Source of the DNA: Azolla caroliniana
Lineage: Eukaryota > Plantae > Polypodiophyta
Reading direction: 5' to 3'
Assembly (NCBI GenBank): GCA_043228905.1
Contig: JBHGNT010000004.1
Span: 4,526,001 to 4,590,000, forward strand
Length of the DNA stretch: 64,000 nt
A program made the position numbers and the translations under genes. The notes below the pieces were generated by a model. That model was given only the letters and a program-made list of their open reading frames with translations, was not told where the DNA came from and did no database searches. Below are positions 38,439 through 52,422 of the stretch, in pieces. Position 1 is the stretch's first letter, and every line of letters starts with the position of its first letter.

Positions 38439-39557
38439 AAGCAAGTTCCTTTTTATGATGTATCTGAAAATTTATGATGATGGGAACAACTTGATATCTG
38501 TCACATGTTAAATTTTGGATGGAAGCATTTATAGTAGAAAGTGTATTAGATCCCATATTGACGGAACATGTTTTGATCCTATTTATTTATTCAAGACAAT
38601 AAATCATATGAGAATTCACTTTTGTTTTGAAAGGATAGCATTAGTATCTTTTCAAGTTTTTCAATGAGAAGCTCCCATAAATATCTAAACACACATCCAT
38701 TCCTCCAAATACCTCAAATAATTGGGTTATTATTGGGTTTATATCATGGAGAAGTTGTCCTGTGATAATTGGTTCATTTAGAAATACCAAGTTCTTAATT
38801 ATCCTGGGTTTATACATAAAATGCAATTGCTGAGTTTAGGTACTTTTGTGGTTGCTCCTTATTGACTCTTCCTTTTCCACTATAAATTAATTGACTAAAT
38901 ATATTAAGTAAACAATAGGCATTGTTTTTTTACATGTTACTATTAAGTAAATGACAAGCTAAGTTGGCATGTTCAATCATGTCTAACTTGTTAACAGGCC
39001 ACATTAGGCATAATCCCTAACATATTGGTTCAACACCCACAATATATGGCATCTTTTGCTACGACGTGATTCATAACCCACACTATCTTGGTTAATTAGC
39101 TTGGTTAGCTGCTTGGAATAGCTAACCAAGTGGTGCCCTTGGTTTCGTCCATTACAATCCACGATAACACTTGGTGAACATGATGATTTGGGATTTGGGT
39201 GCAAAAAAAGAATGTTAGTAGGAATGTAAAAGGACAATGTTGGGAGAGAGAGCATTCCTGCATCATCGTTTCTATTCGACATAAGATTCATAAATGCCGT
39301 GAATGAGTGAATCTAGGGCTTGGACAACCCTGAACTTGTTCTGAGAATCCTAGATAATCAGTTTATTATATTTACATATAATAAAAACTAGAAATGTAAA
39401 AATATAGAAAATTTAAAAATGAAAGAGAAAAGTAAAAAGAAGAAGAAGAAGAAGAGAGAAAACACTTTTTTTGGGGGGGAATTTCAAAATCTCTTCTTTT
39501 CGTTTCTCAATTTGTGCTTCTCTGTTTGATGAGTGCTTCTATGTGAGAGCAAGAAAT

Positions 39558-42500
39558 TGTTAGGAAACAGGTCCCTCCGAATGGGAAGTGAGAAGGAACC
39601 GGATGTGGAGGACCCGACAATGGAAGACCTGGTGAGAACCGGATGTGGAGTACCTGACAACGGAAGACCCGGTGAGAACCGGATGACGAGTACCCGGCAA
39701 GAGCCAGATGGTGAAGGCCCAGTGAGAAGTGCTCACTGGATGAAGGGACATATTCGTAAATATGTTTTCTGAGAGTTCATCGGGGCTCTATTTGTAAATA
39801 GTCGAAAAGTCATATTAGTATAAATATGACTTAGGGCAAACTTAGTGATATTGTAGTTGTCATTCTTGTTGTAACCGCTGCTTGTGGTGAAGATAGCAAG
39901 CTTGAGGTCGTTGCCTCGGTGCTTTACTATTGTATATTGTGATATAGTGATAGTTTGCAGTCTGTGGGCTGTCGTGGAATTTTCCCTAGTTTGGGTTTTT
40001 CCACGTAAACATCCTGTGTACTCTTCTCTTCATTGTGTCGTGTGTTCATTACCCGTTTTCTGTGTTTGATTCTAGGCTCGGTTGTGGCCAAGCGTTGTGC
40101 TTAGGGAGTGTGTATTCCTGTCAAAGTGGTATCAGAGCGAAATGACACGGAAAATGGACGAATCGTTGGGAGGCATGTTCAAGCTCACCGGCTCCAACTA
40201 TTCCGTGTGGAAGTCGAAGATGAGGGACATGCTCGTGGTTAAAGATCTTTGGTTGCCGATTCAGTTCGGGGACAAGAGACCAGACAAAATCGATGCCACG
40301 ATATGGGAGGTGATGCACATGAAGACAACGGCGTACATACGGCGCTTCATCGACATGAGCCTATACAACAACTTCAATGAAGAGAGCAACGCTCATGAGC
40401 TCTGGGAGAAGATCGACATTATGTTTCAGAACAAAAATGCTGTTAATCAGGTTTCGGTATTTCGGAAGCTAGTAAGACTCCAGTACCAAGATGGCTCCAG
40501 CATGGCGCAGCACATGAATGCCTTCCAAGGGCTGATCCACCAGGCAACATCATTGGAAGTAGCTCTCGCCGATGAGGTACTAGCACTACTCCTGCTCGGT
40601 TCCCTCCCAGATAGCTGGGAGACGTTGGTTGTCACTTTGGGCAACGTCGGGCCGGAAGGGAAACGGTTATCCCTGGCAAGAGTGAAGTCGAGCTTGTTAG
40701 ATGAGGAGGCGCGTCGGAAAGATAAGGATACGAGCTTCGACTCCAAAGCGCTCCTTACCGAATCGGAACGCAGAAGACAAAGGAACCGTAGTCCCCAGAA
40801 CCGGGAGAAGTCAGGGACACGGTCAAAGTCAAGGGGGAGGCCTACCTGCTTCTATTGCGGCAAGCCGGGACACTTCCAGAAAAACTAACGACACCAATTC
40901 AAAGCGGACACCAGATCGGAACAGTAAAGACCGGAGGGGAACGGACCGGAAGGGAACGACGGCAATCGTGGCAAGTGAAGAATAGTTGATGCTCATCACC
41001 GAGGAGAGTGAGCTAAACCTTACCGGCGACGAGATGACCTGGGTGGTCGACTCCGGAGCGTCGTTCCACCTTACCCCAGACCGGAAATGCTTCTCATCCT
41101 ACTCAGCCGGTGATCACGGTTGTGTCCGGATGGGGAATGAAGGTACATGCCGAATTGTCGGCATAGGAGATGTGTGGTTGACAACACCAATCGGATGCAA
41201 GCTGCTGTTGAAGGATGTCCGACACGTTCCGGAGGTTCGTCTGAACCTGATATCAGCCGGTCGGCTAGATGATGAAGGCTACATAGGTAGCATCCGGAAT
41301 GGTGTTATGAAGTTCAGCAAAGGGAGCCTGATTGTGGCTCGGGCTCGGAAGGTCAGCACATTGTACCTGATGAATGCTCGGTTATGCCCGGAAGAAGTGA
41401 ACGTGGCATCCGACACTACCGGTGAGCTGTGGCACAAGAGGTTGTGTCACATGAGCGAGAAGGGGATGAAGAGGCTTGCAAAAGACAACCTCATTCCAGT
41501 GAAGAACGTGCACTTGGAGAAGTGCACTGATTTTCTGGCCGGTAAGCAAAACCGGACCTCCTTCCGACCAAGGCCACCGATGAGACGTAATGCACCACTG
41601 GAGTTGGTGCATACTGATGTGTGTCAAGTGGACATGAAGTCACATGCCGGATCGCAGTACTTCGTGACGTTCATAGATGATCATAGTCGGAAGCTGAAGA
41701 CGAAGGATCAGGTGCTATCCGTCTTCAAAGAGCTCCACGTGAGAGTGGAAGGAGAAACAAGCCGGAAGCTGAAGGCTGTTCGAGCAGATAACGGGGGTGA
41801 ATACCGGGGGCAGTTCGAGGAGTATTGTCGCTCGAAGGGAATCCGGCTCGAATTTACCGTGCCGAAGATGCCGGAACTAAACGGGCTGGCCGAGAGGATG
41901 AACCAGATCATAATGGAGAGGGTCCGGAGTATGCTGGCGCATGCAAAATTACCCAAGACGTTTTGGGCTGAGGCGTTGTCGACAACGACGTATGTGATAA
42001 ACAGATCACCCTCAGTGCCCTTGGATGGAGACACACCGCAAAAGATGTGGACTGGTAAGGAAGTGTCCTACCGGCATTTGAAGGTGTTCGGGTGTCTCGC
42101 GTACGTGCATGTAGCTAAGGACCGGAGAGGAAAGTTAGATCCAAAGACTCGGCCATGCATATTCCTCGGTTACGGCGACGATGAGTTCGGCTACCGAGTG
42201 TGGGACTCGGTCAACAAGAAGGCATTCCGGAGTCGAGATATTATCTTCATGGAGGACAAGACACTCGCCGACTGGGAGTCGAAGAAGAAGGTAATGAACT
42301 CTGAGTCGACTGGTAAGGATCGATTCTACGATGAGCAGACCCAACCGGAAAGAGACCGGTTAGCACTTGATGAACCGGCTGGTTACGGTGAGGATACCGA
42401 ATCGGCAGAAGAAGAAGTAGAGGAAGCTGAAATCGGAACCGGCCAAGACCTCGAATCGGATTCGGATGAAGAACAAATAGTGGAGCCGGTTGCCGAAGGC

Positions 42501-44718
42501 CAAAGACGGAGATATCCTCTCAGAGAGAGAAGGCCCCCCCAGAGATTTTTGGATGCAGAGCATGTGCTGTTGACCGATGAGGGAGAGTTGGAAAGCTTCG
42601 AAGAAGCGAAGGATGACACCCACAGCCGCAAATGGTTAAGTGCCATGTAGGATGAGATGGATTCCCTGCATGAGAACCATACGTACGAATTGGTGGAGTT
42701 GCCGAAAGGAAAGCGGGCACTCCGAAACAAGTGGGTGTACAAGTTGAAACCGGGAGATGCCGGCAACCCCCCGAGATACAAAGCCAGGATTGTGGTAAAG
42801 GGGTTCCAACAGAAGAAGGGCGTGGACTTCGACGAGATAGCGGCAAGCATGGATCTTAAGGTAGAGCAGCTGGACGTGAAGACGACATTCCTTCACGGTG
42901 ACCTCGAAGAGGAGATCTACATGCAGCAACCGGAAGGATTCGTGGAGAAAGGGAAGGAGCGCCTGGTTTGCTGGTTGAAGAAGAGCCTGTATGGACTGAA
43001 GCAGGCTCCCCGACAATGGTACTTGAAGTTCGACTCCATGACAGATCAAGGGTACCACAAGACATTGCGTGTTTGTGAAGAAGTTCGAAGGAGGTGACTT
43101 CCTGATACTCCTTTTGTACGTGGATGACATGTTGATCGTCGGACGGGACCAAGCCAGAATACGGATGCTGAAGAAGGCTCTCAACCGAACTTTCGCAATA
43201 AAAGACTTGGGTCCGGCAAGACAGATGCTGGGGATGCATATCATCAGGAACCGGCCAACGAAGCAATTGTGGCTGTCACAGGAGAAATACGTGACAAAGG
43301 TGCTTCAACGGTTCAACATGTTAGAAGCGAAACCGGTCGGATCAACACTCCTAGCAAACTGTAGATTATCCCGTAAGCAAAGCCTGAAGAAGAAAGCAGA
43401 GAAGGTTGATATGATGAAGGTTCCATATGCCTCTACTGTCGGGAGCTTAATGTACGCAATGGTGTGTACCCGACCGGATATAGGATACGCAGTCGGAGTG
43501 GTGAGCCGGTTTATGAACAATCCCGGCAAGGAGCACTGGAACGCGGTCAAATGGATACTCCGGTACTTGAAGGGCACTTCGAACATGTGTCTCCGATTCG
43601 GCTCCGGTAAACCTCAATTTGACGGTTTTACGGATTCGGACATGTCGGCTGATGTGGATACCAACCGGTCTACATCCGGGTATGTAATGACATATGCAGG
43701 GGGAGCTGTTTCGTGGTAGTCGAGGCTGCAGAAGACGGTTGCGTTGTCTACCACGGAAGCGGAGTACATGGCGGTTGTGGAAGCCGGCAAGGAAATACTA
43801 TGGATGAAGGACTTCATCGGAGAGCTCGGTATCCGGCAAGATGAATACCGACTCTATTGCGACAGTCAAAGTGCCATCCACCTTGCTAAGAATGCAGCGT
43901 ACCACTCTAGGACAAAGCATATCCAACGTAGGTATCACTGGATCTAGGAGTGAGTAGAAGATGGAGAGTTTGCGTTGACGAAGATCCACATGGCCGAGAA
44001 CGGGTCAGATATGCTGACCAAAGTTCTGATACCCGACAAGCTGGATGCATGTCGGAAGCGGATCAGACTAGTAAGACATCCCATGCCGGAGTGAAGGGGG
44101 AGTTTGTTAGGAAACAGGTCCCTCCGGATGGGAAGTGAGAAGGAACCGGATGTGGAGTACCCGGTGAGAACCGGATGTGGAGTACCCGGCAACGGAAGAC
44201 CCGATGAGAATCGGATGACGAGTACCCGGCAAGAGCTGGATGGTGAAGGCCCGATGAGAAGTGCTCACCAGATGAAGGGACATATTCGTAAATATGTTTT
44301 CTGAGAGTCCATCGGGGCTCTATTTGTAAATAGCCCAAAAGTCATATTAGTATAAATATGACTTAGGGCAAACTTAGTGATATTGTAGTTGTCATTCTTG
44401 TTGGTGCAAGATTTGAGTGCGTAACTGTGTACAGAGAGAGAGAGAGAGAGAGAGGAAGAGGTCGTTGCCTCTGTTGTAACCGCCGCCTGTGGCGAAGATA
44501 GCAAGCTCGAGGTCGTTGCCTCGGTGCTTTACTATTGTACATTGTGATATAGTGATAGTTTGCAGTCTGTGGGCTGCCGTGGAATTTTCCCTAGTTTGGG
44601 TTTTTCCACGTAAACATCCTGTGTACTCTTCTCTTCACTGTGTTGTGTGTTCATTACCCGTTTTCTGTGTTTGATTCTAGGCTCGGTTGTGGCCGAGCGT
44701 TGTGCTTAGGGATTGTCA
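39558..44718 (+). mobile_element. Full-length Ty1/Copia LTR retrotransposon, disrupted coding region
   Basis: LTRs 39558-40123 and 44105-44718 (TG...CA), TSD GAAAT on both sides, PBS TGGTATCAGAGC (tRNA-iMet) at 40127, PPT GGAGTGAAGGGGGAG before the 3' LTR. Confidence 0.96.
40142..44093 (+). pseudogene. Copia gag-pol with stops, frameshifts and small deletions
   Basis: CFYCGKPGH knuckle, WVVDSGASFH protease, LWHKRLCH / VHTDVC / RADNGGEY integrase, [11 protein letters not shown] / [11 protein letters not shown] / LLYVDDML RT, STTEAEY / RTKHI RNase H. Confidence 0.93.
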
Positions 44719-46262
44719 GAAATTAGGGTTCGTTCTTTGTGCATCTCTTCTGGAAGCCAATTAAAGGGTATGTATGCATCAGTGCCTTTCTCTGTTTTTT
44801 TGTCATCAAGAACTGTCTTCTACATGCTCTTTTCAACCTTAAGACTTGTGGAGGCTTCAAATGTTGGGAGTTTTTGCACGATATTGCCTGTTGGCCTGGT
44901 AGATGAAGAAGTTCATCAGTGCATCTCAGTCTTGAACAAGGGAAATCCTTGTAGTGAGAGTATCAAATAATCATAATAATATATGCTCTCTATGGAAACA
45001 TGTAGTTTCTATGGAATCATCATGGTGTAATGTTATCATAATACTCTAGATGCAAGTCAAAGGGCACCTCCAATCCATGCACCTTGGTCACCGAAGACCA
45101 CATTCTATCATCAATCAAATTTTATGGAACAATAATAGAAGATGTTTGGAAGCCTAACTTCTTAGTTGAGGCATATTACAGGAACATTAGGTATATTGCA
45201 TCTATTGTTAAAGATAAGTGTCTTTTAGGTTTTGAGGGTTTGCATGGGCATAATGAAACCTCATTGCGTGATTGTATTGATTTGATGTATCAACTATTGG
45301 TCCCATATGTCTCCAAGGTCTTCTGCATAGGTTTTAGAATGCATTGCATATGAGGACATTGGGCACAATTTTCAGTAATTTGGAAGTTTGCAGTACCTTT
45401 AAAGAACTCCTAAATAGGATGTAGCCGTTGCCAACTACGTTATCCATGCCAATGATCACATAAGATGGAAAGAAGATTCTTGTATGTGTTCACTGTTCTT
45501 TGTAGTTTTATACTCTGAGTCTTTGTAGTTTTTATTGGTCTATCACGGTTAGAGCCTTTATAAGGTTGTCAGTCTAATCATTTTGTCATGTATGTAGAAT
45601 TTCTACTAATGAAGAAAATGTTTTTGGAAAAAAAAAAAGATTTTCGGCTTAAACATAAGTCCATTTCATTGTTGTACCTCTTATGCACTTGAGAATGAAA
45701 ATATCAATGCATGGCATGATGATTGGGTGTCACTTGATGAGGCTAAATATTATACTAGTACAATGATTCAATCAATTCAAATGCACAAATAACAAGTGAT
45801 AGTGCTAGTGACAACGAATCAATGGATAATGATAATGTCAATCCAATGAACATAGATCTCATGAAATATCTTGATGCGCGTTTATTTATTCCTAAGGGTT
45901 ATTTTACATTTAATAAGGCTTGTTATGAATTAATAGTTAGTGATATATTAGGCCTCCGTAAAATAGATTTCTTGAGGTGTTAAGAGATGTTAATAATGGA
46001 GTGATAGTGCATCTTAGATTATTGAAAATAATGAAACAATGAATATTGTTAATGAGAGATGAAAAAATATATTTAAAGGATTCTCCAAACTTAAGGATAC
46101 CCTATATTGAACAATTGGGCGAAATAGTGGCAAATGCTAATGTTAAAACTAACCATCTAGGGCTAAAAGATATATTAGATAAAATAAAAAAGGTTGGTCA
46201 GTGGACACACGATATCATGGGCTATCAAACATGTATGTGAAAGTACGCATTAATGCTTATGG

Positions 46263-46724
46263 ATGTCAAAACATACAAAAACAACACCTTTAGACATGTC
46301 GCAACATCTAACTTGCGCCCCAAATGAAGAGTTTGTAATAGAAGAATCCATGTTGAGGGTTGTATTTGATGACATTGAGGTTAAATACTCTACATGCTTA
46401 AAGAAGTGTTATAGCAATACCAAATATCTTCAAAGTTATGTTTGTCATTGTGAGGGAGAATCAAGAAGGGGTAGCAAATGCATTCATATTTGTAAGACTA
46501 TGAAAAGATGTGGGTGCACTTTTCGTGTAAATGTTAAAAGGTCAATTGGAGACCGAAAACAAGGGTCCATCGTTGTATATGCCCAACACAATGGCCATGA
46601 TCCAATAAAGGTACATCCAAATGTCATAAAATATTGTATGGAGGATCTTTTTGACGTTGGATGTACAAGGCATGTAACAAGGATAAGAATGAGAAACGCT
46701 AGTATCCAGAGTGACACTTGTTGA
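46263..46724 (+). pseudogene. Degenerate Mutator-like/FAR1-type zinc-finger fragment
   Basis: YVCHCEG...KRCGCTFRVNVK...HNGHDP matches the WRKY/GCM1-like C-x-C...H-x-x-H pattern of MULE DNA-binding domains; flanks are frame-broken. Confidence 0.5.
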
Positions 46725-46919
46725 GAGAGTTGTGTTTAGGTTCTTATGTTAAAAAAACTATAAGAGTAGATTATTGGGTTACACTTTCTCGAGCATATTT
46801 GAAATTCACCCTATTCAACCCATACATATTACTTATATGCTTCATGCTTGCAAGAAATGAGCTACATTTTTTTGTTGTGTAAGTCTTGAAGTCCTAATCT
46901 CAGTCAACACTTGAACCAC

Positions 46920-46921
<2 letters not shown>

Positions 46922-46972
<51 letters not shown>
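46922..46972. repeat. (AG)n microsatellite
   Basis: Directly visible. Confidence 0.95.
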
Positions 46973-46974
<2 letters not shown>

Positions 46975-47039
46975 ACCCCTACATTCCACAATGGCATTAG
47001 TGAATTAAGGGATATATAAGAAGTATATAATGGAGAGGT

Positions 47040-47105
47040 GAGGAAGTTGGGGTTCGAACCCAGAACGCAATGCTTGTAGTGCTAACAACTTACCACTAGG
47101 AAGTG
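47040..47105 (-). other. tRNA-derived SINE-like head or tRNA pseudogene
   Basis: Minus strand has A-box-like CTAGTGGTAAG and B-box GGGTTCGAACCC at Pol III spacing; no clean cloverleaf. Confidence 0.35.
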
Positions 47106-47231
47106 GTATCATGGAATGTGAGAGGGGCATCTTCTCCTCGTAAGAAATATATATTATGGAAAACTTGATTTGATAAAGATTGAGATGTTTTATGTGCAGT
47201 TGAACATAAGTGTCATGATTTAGCAAGATCT

Positions 47232-50200
47232 GTGTTACATTTGCGTGGATATTCCACATATTATGCAGGACAATTATCACATCATTACTCAGGGGTTGTC
47301 ACGATTATTCGTAATTCGTTTTGTCCACATATAGTCTATAATGATCCATATGGACGTTTTTTGGTGATGGAAGTCAAGTATTTTGAGGATTTGATATGGT
47401 TGGTAGGAATCTATGCATCCAATAATGCTAATCAACGCACTGAGTTATGGTCTTTAATGTATCCACGGTTATTAGTGGGACGTGTTGGTTTGTTAATGGG
47501 TGATTTTAATATGTGTGTTGATGCTTCACAATCTACTTCACAATTCTCATTGATGGATTCTCCTGAGCAAGCAGTTTGGGACAAATTGGCATCAGAGGTT
47601 TTGAAGTTGGATGTATGGAAATGGTTGCATCAAGATGAGGTTGGGTTTACATTTCAATCTATGCAATACAACGAAACATGGAGTAGGTTAGATAGAATGT
47701 ATGTTATGCATGATGAGTCCTTTTTGCCAAAGATGCTTAATATGTCAATTATGCAAGAGGTTGTGACATCGGATCATTTTCCCATATGTTTTGAGTTTAA
47801 TAAACATGGGGTAGATATGTACAAAACATTGCTTCAACGAGTTCCTTTGAGGTTTAATTCTTCTTTATTATTACATTCTTTATTTGAGGCCTATATGCAA
47901 CAATTTTTTGGCATGTGTTGAGATATCAAGCTCAACTAGTTTAATCTAGTTAGTCAACACATGTAACTTAGTAGTTACCTAGATCAAATCTAGTTAATGT
48001 GTTGACCTTAAGCCTTTAAATAGGACCTTGTACTTAAGTGGGATATTCTAGATCTTCCACTCCTTAGTACATTTAATGTAGGACTTACACATAAGTACCT
48101 ATGTTCTTCCCACACATGTGCACCTTTGCACATGGGTTGTATATATACCTCACTGTGGGTATTTTTGTATGTCGATGACACTTTTCAATATAGTCAATCA
48201 TCCCCCATTTATCTTCGTGCTCGTAAGTGTAACTTCCTCTCTCTCTCTCTCTCTCTCTTCCTCTCACACACTCTCACGCGCATATCATACTAATCTTCCG
48301 TTGCTTAACGTAACCATATAATTAGTCTCTAATTAACCCTAGTTAATTACCTAATTACTTAACATGGTATCAAAGCGCATGGTTTAGGAAATCCACTAAG
48401 CCCACCGCTTATTCGTGATTGTGTTCGAGACGCCGACGACAAATCCCGGCTATTTGCTATCCGCTACTATAGTGCCGCTACGAAGGACGTGTACGTGACC
48501 AAGAGAAGAAAAACAAAATGGAAGACACAACAATCAACATGACCACACAAATGGGAAGCTCACTCCCTAGCGAAAAGCTAGACCGAAGCAACTATTCATC
48601 TTGGGAGTACAAATGAATCAATACCTTGTCAGCCAAGGGTATTGGAGCTACATCAACGACGCACAAGAAAACAAACTCGAATCAATGCCTTTAAATAGGA
48701 CCTTGTACTTAAGTGGGATATTCTAGATCTTCCACTCCTTAGTACATTTAATGTAGGACTTACACATAAGTACCTATGTTCTTCCCACACATGTGCACCT
48801 TTGCACATGGGTTGTATATATACCTCACTGTGGGTATTTTTGTATGTCGATGACACTTTTCAATATAGTCAATCATCCCCCATTTATCTTCGTGCTCGTA
48901 AGTGTAACTTCCTCTCTCTCTCTCTCTCTCTCTTCCTCTCACACACTCTCACGCGCATATCATACTAATCTTCCGTTGCTTAACGTAACCATATAATTAG
49001 TCTCTAATTAACCCTAGTTAATTACCTAATTACTTAACATGGTATCAAAGCGCATGGTTTAGGAAATCCACTAAGCCCACCGCTTATTCGTGATTGTGTT
49101 CGAGACGCCGACGACAAATCCCGGCTATTTGCTATCCGCTACCGTAGTGCCGCTACGAAGGACGTGTACGCGACCAAGAGAAGAAAAACAAAATGGAAGA
49201 CACAACAATCAACATGACCACACAAATGGGAAGCTCACTCCCTAGCGAAAAGCTAGACCGAAGCAACTATTCATCTTGGGAGTACAAGATGAATCAATAC
49301 CTTGTCAGCCAAGGGTATTGGAGCTACATCAACGGCGCACAAGAAAACAAACTTGAAATCACACATGCCAACTACCCAACGTGGGAGCAAGGCGCGAGTC
49401 GGGTAATGTATTGCTTGGCAACATGTGTAAACGACCACATGCTTAGCCACATTCATGACGCCAAGACGCCCAAAGAGGCGTGGGAAAATCTCAAGAAGAT
49501 TTTCGCCGTGGACACATCTGCGCGCAAGGTTCAACTCTAGCAAGAGTTGAACAGCATATGACAAAAAGAAATGTCTGTGACAGACTACACCGCCAAGATC
49601 AAGAGCATTTGCGACTCGCTTGGCTCCATCAACGTCAACATCGACGAAGATGAGATGGTGCAAGTATGCTTGGCTAGCCTCGCACAACGATTTAACCTGT
49701 TGAGAATGGCCATCTTGGCGAGAGATACCCCTCCCTCGTTCTTCAACCTCCAATCAATGCTATTGGTCGAAAAAAACAACGTTCAATCAAAGAACAACAC
49801 ATCGGAAGGACAAATGCTCTTCTCCAATACGGATGGTGCCCATAGACGAGGTCGAAGCGGAAGAGGTCAATTCGACCTATCCCACGAAGGGAATTCACAA
49901 TTTCGGCAAGGAAACGGAAGCCATCGAGGAACCTTCACAAGAAGGGGGAGCTTCCACGCCGAACAAGGTCGGCGAACGACGCCACCTACGTGCAATTATT
50001 GCGGCAAAATCGGCCATTGCGAAGAGGAGTGCCGAAAAAGTCGAGGCGAGTCGGCTTCAACAAGCCGACAACTCACAAATTACGCCGCGAACGCGGAATA
50101 CGCGGACTACGGTGGACTCTTCGTTATGAGGCATAGAGCGAACTCTATGATGGCCTCTGATCCCGCAAACTCTGCAAGCACCTCCAACTCCGAACACGCG

Positions 50201-52388
50201 TGCTTCGTAGACTCCGGCGCTTCGCACCACATGACGTCGCACCAAGAGTGGTTTCACGACTTGTGAACACCGGATTGACCCGGCTACATAGAGACTAGAG
50301 ATGACACTCCGCATCCCATTCGGCACATCAGTGATGTCCCATTCGGGAAAGAAGGCGAGCAAACCTGCATCAAGAATGTCTTGCACGTGCCCACAATAAC
50401 AAAAAATTTGGTTTCGGTCGGCCAAATCGTGGAGCAAGGTATGCAAGTCCGCTTCAACAATGAAGGTTGCTTTATCGAGAAAGACGGCCAACTCATAACC
50501 AAGGGACGGAGAGACGGTTGCTTGTTCATCCTCGACTCGAACGAGGTAAAATAGGCCATGTACGCCAAAGGTCTCAAGACCGAGACAAACATCGAGTTGT
50601 GGCACAAGTGAATCGGCCATGTAAACCTCCAACGGCTTCGTGGAATGCAATCAAAGGGAGTCGTAATCGAACTTCCGGCCTTCGAATCGAAACGAGTCGA
50701 CCGAGTGTGCGAAGCATGCCAACTCGGCAAACAATATCGACTCCCATTCCTGAGGGAGAGCTCCGCAAGAAAAGGCCTCCTTGACATAATCCACTCGGAT
50801 GTATGGGGACCGGCTCAAACACCGACACTCGGCGGATACCGCTACTACGTCACCTTCATCGATGACCACTCGCGCTACGCATGGATATACCCGATGAAGA
50901 AGAAGAGCGAAGTGCTCTCTCACTTTCAAAGGCTCAAAAGCCAAGTGGAGAAAGAAACCGGTCGGCACATTCGATGCCTACGATTGGGCGGAGGAAAGGA
51001 GTACTTCTCCGACAAGTTCACCTCCTACCTCCAAGGTGAAGGAATTCGTAGAGAATTCTCATGCCGACACACTCCCCAACAAAACGGAGTAGCCGAGAGA
51101 AAGAATCGGCAAATACTCGAGGTAGCACGCGCCATGATGCATGAGAAGCACATGCCGAACTTCTATTGGGCGGAAGTGGCATCCACGGCTGTCTATCTCA
51201 TGAATCAATGCACCACAAATAGTGTGCACGAGCTTACTCCATACGACATCTTCGTTGGAAGAAAGCCCATCCTCTTGCACCTCAAGGTGTTCGGAAGCAT
51301 TGCGAATGTACGCATCCCGAACGAAAGTCGAGAGAAGCCCAACGCGAAGTCGGAGGAATGTATCCTCATATGATACTTGTCCGCGAAAAATGCATACAAG
51401 TGCTTCAACCCTTTGACCCGAGCGGTGTGGATAAGTCGCGACGTCGTTTTCAACGAATCGGCATCTTGGTATAAGCCCGATGCGACTCCATCCGACCCGA
51501 TCGAGGAAGAGTTGAACGCCAACTCGGACAACGAAACTTGGCCAAGTTCTCCACCGAAGGACAATCCAAGCTCTACCGAGCTAATTGGCCCACAAGAGCC
51601 TCCACGCGATGAAAACACGTCGCGGCCAAGTCCGACATCGGACAAAGGCAAAGGTAAGATGCCCGAATACGAAGTCGAGGTTCACCCCGACGACCGTGAT
51701 TCAGATGATTCGGCTCACTCACTAGACAGTGAGTTCGGTGTACCCATCATGAGGACACCCGGAGTAAAGAAGGCGCTCACATCGACAAACGAGAAACTCC
51801 GCCGCTCATCACGAGCGAAGACCCAAGTCACTCGTTACGCCTACAACGAGTGTATGGCCCATCACTATGCCCTCGCGATGAAGGTAGTGGATGAACAAGA
51901 GCCCAAGGATCCAAGCCTTCGTCACAGGCTTGAGGGGGAGAATAAGCCGCGGAGAGCCGCACAACGAAGCCACGAAGACGTGAAGAAAGCCGAAAGCCGC
52001 ACTGATGCCGACGAAACCGAAGGAAGCTAAACCAGACGTTGGACGCCTCACACTTGAGCTTGAGGGGGCGTGTTGAGATATCAAGCTCAACTAGTTTAAT
52101 CTAGTTAGTCAACACATGTAACTTAATAGTTACCTAGATCGAATCTAGTTAATGTGTTGACCTTAAGCCTTTAAATAGGACCTTGTACTTAAGTGGGATA
52201 TTCTAGATCCTCCACTCCTTAGTACATTTAATGTAGGACTTACACATAAGTACCTATGTTCTACGCACACATGTGCACCTTTGCACATGGGTTGTATATA
52301 TACCTCATTGTGGGTATTTTTATATGTCGATGACACTTTTCAATATAGTCAATCATCCCCCATTTATCTTCGTGCTCATAAGTGTAAC

Positions 52389-52422
<34 letters not shown>

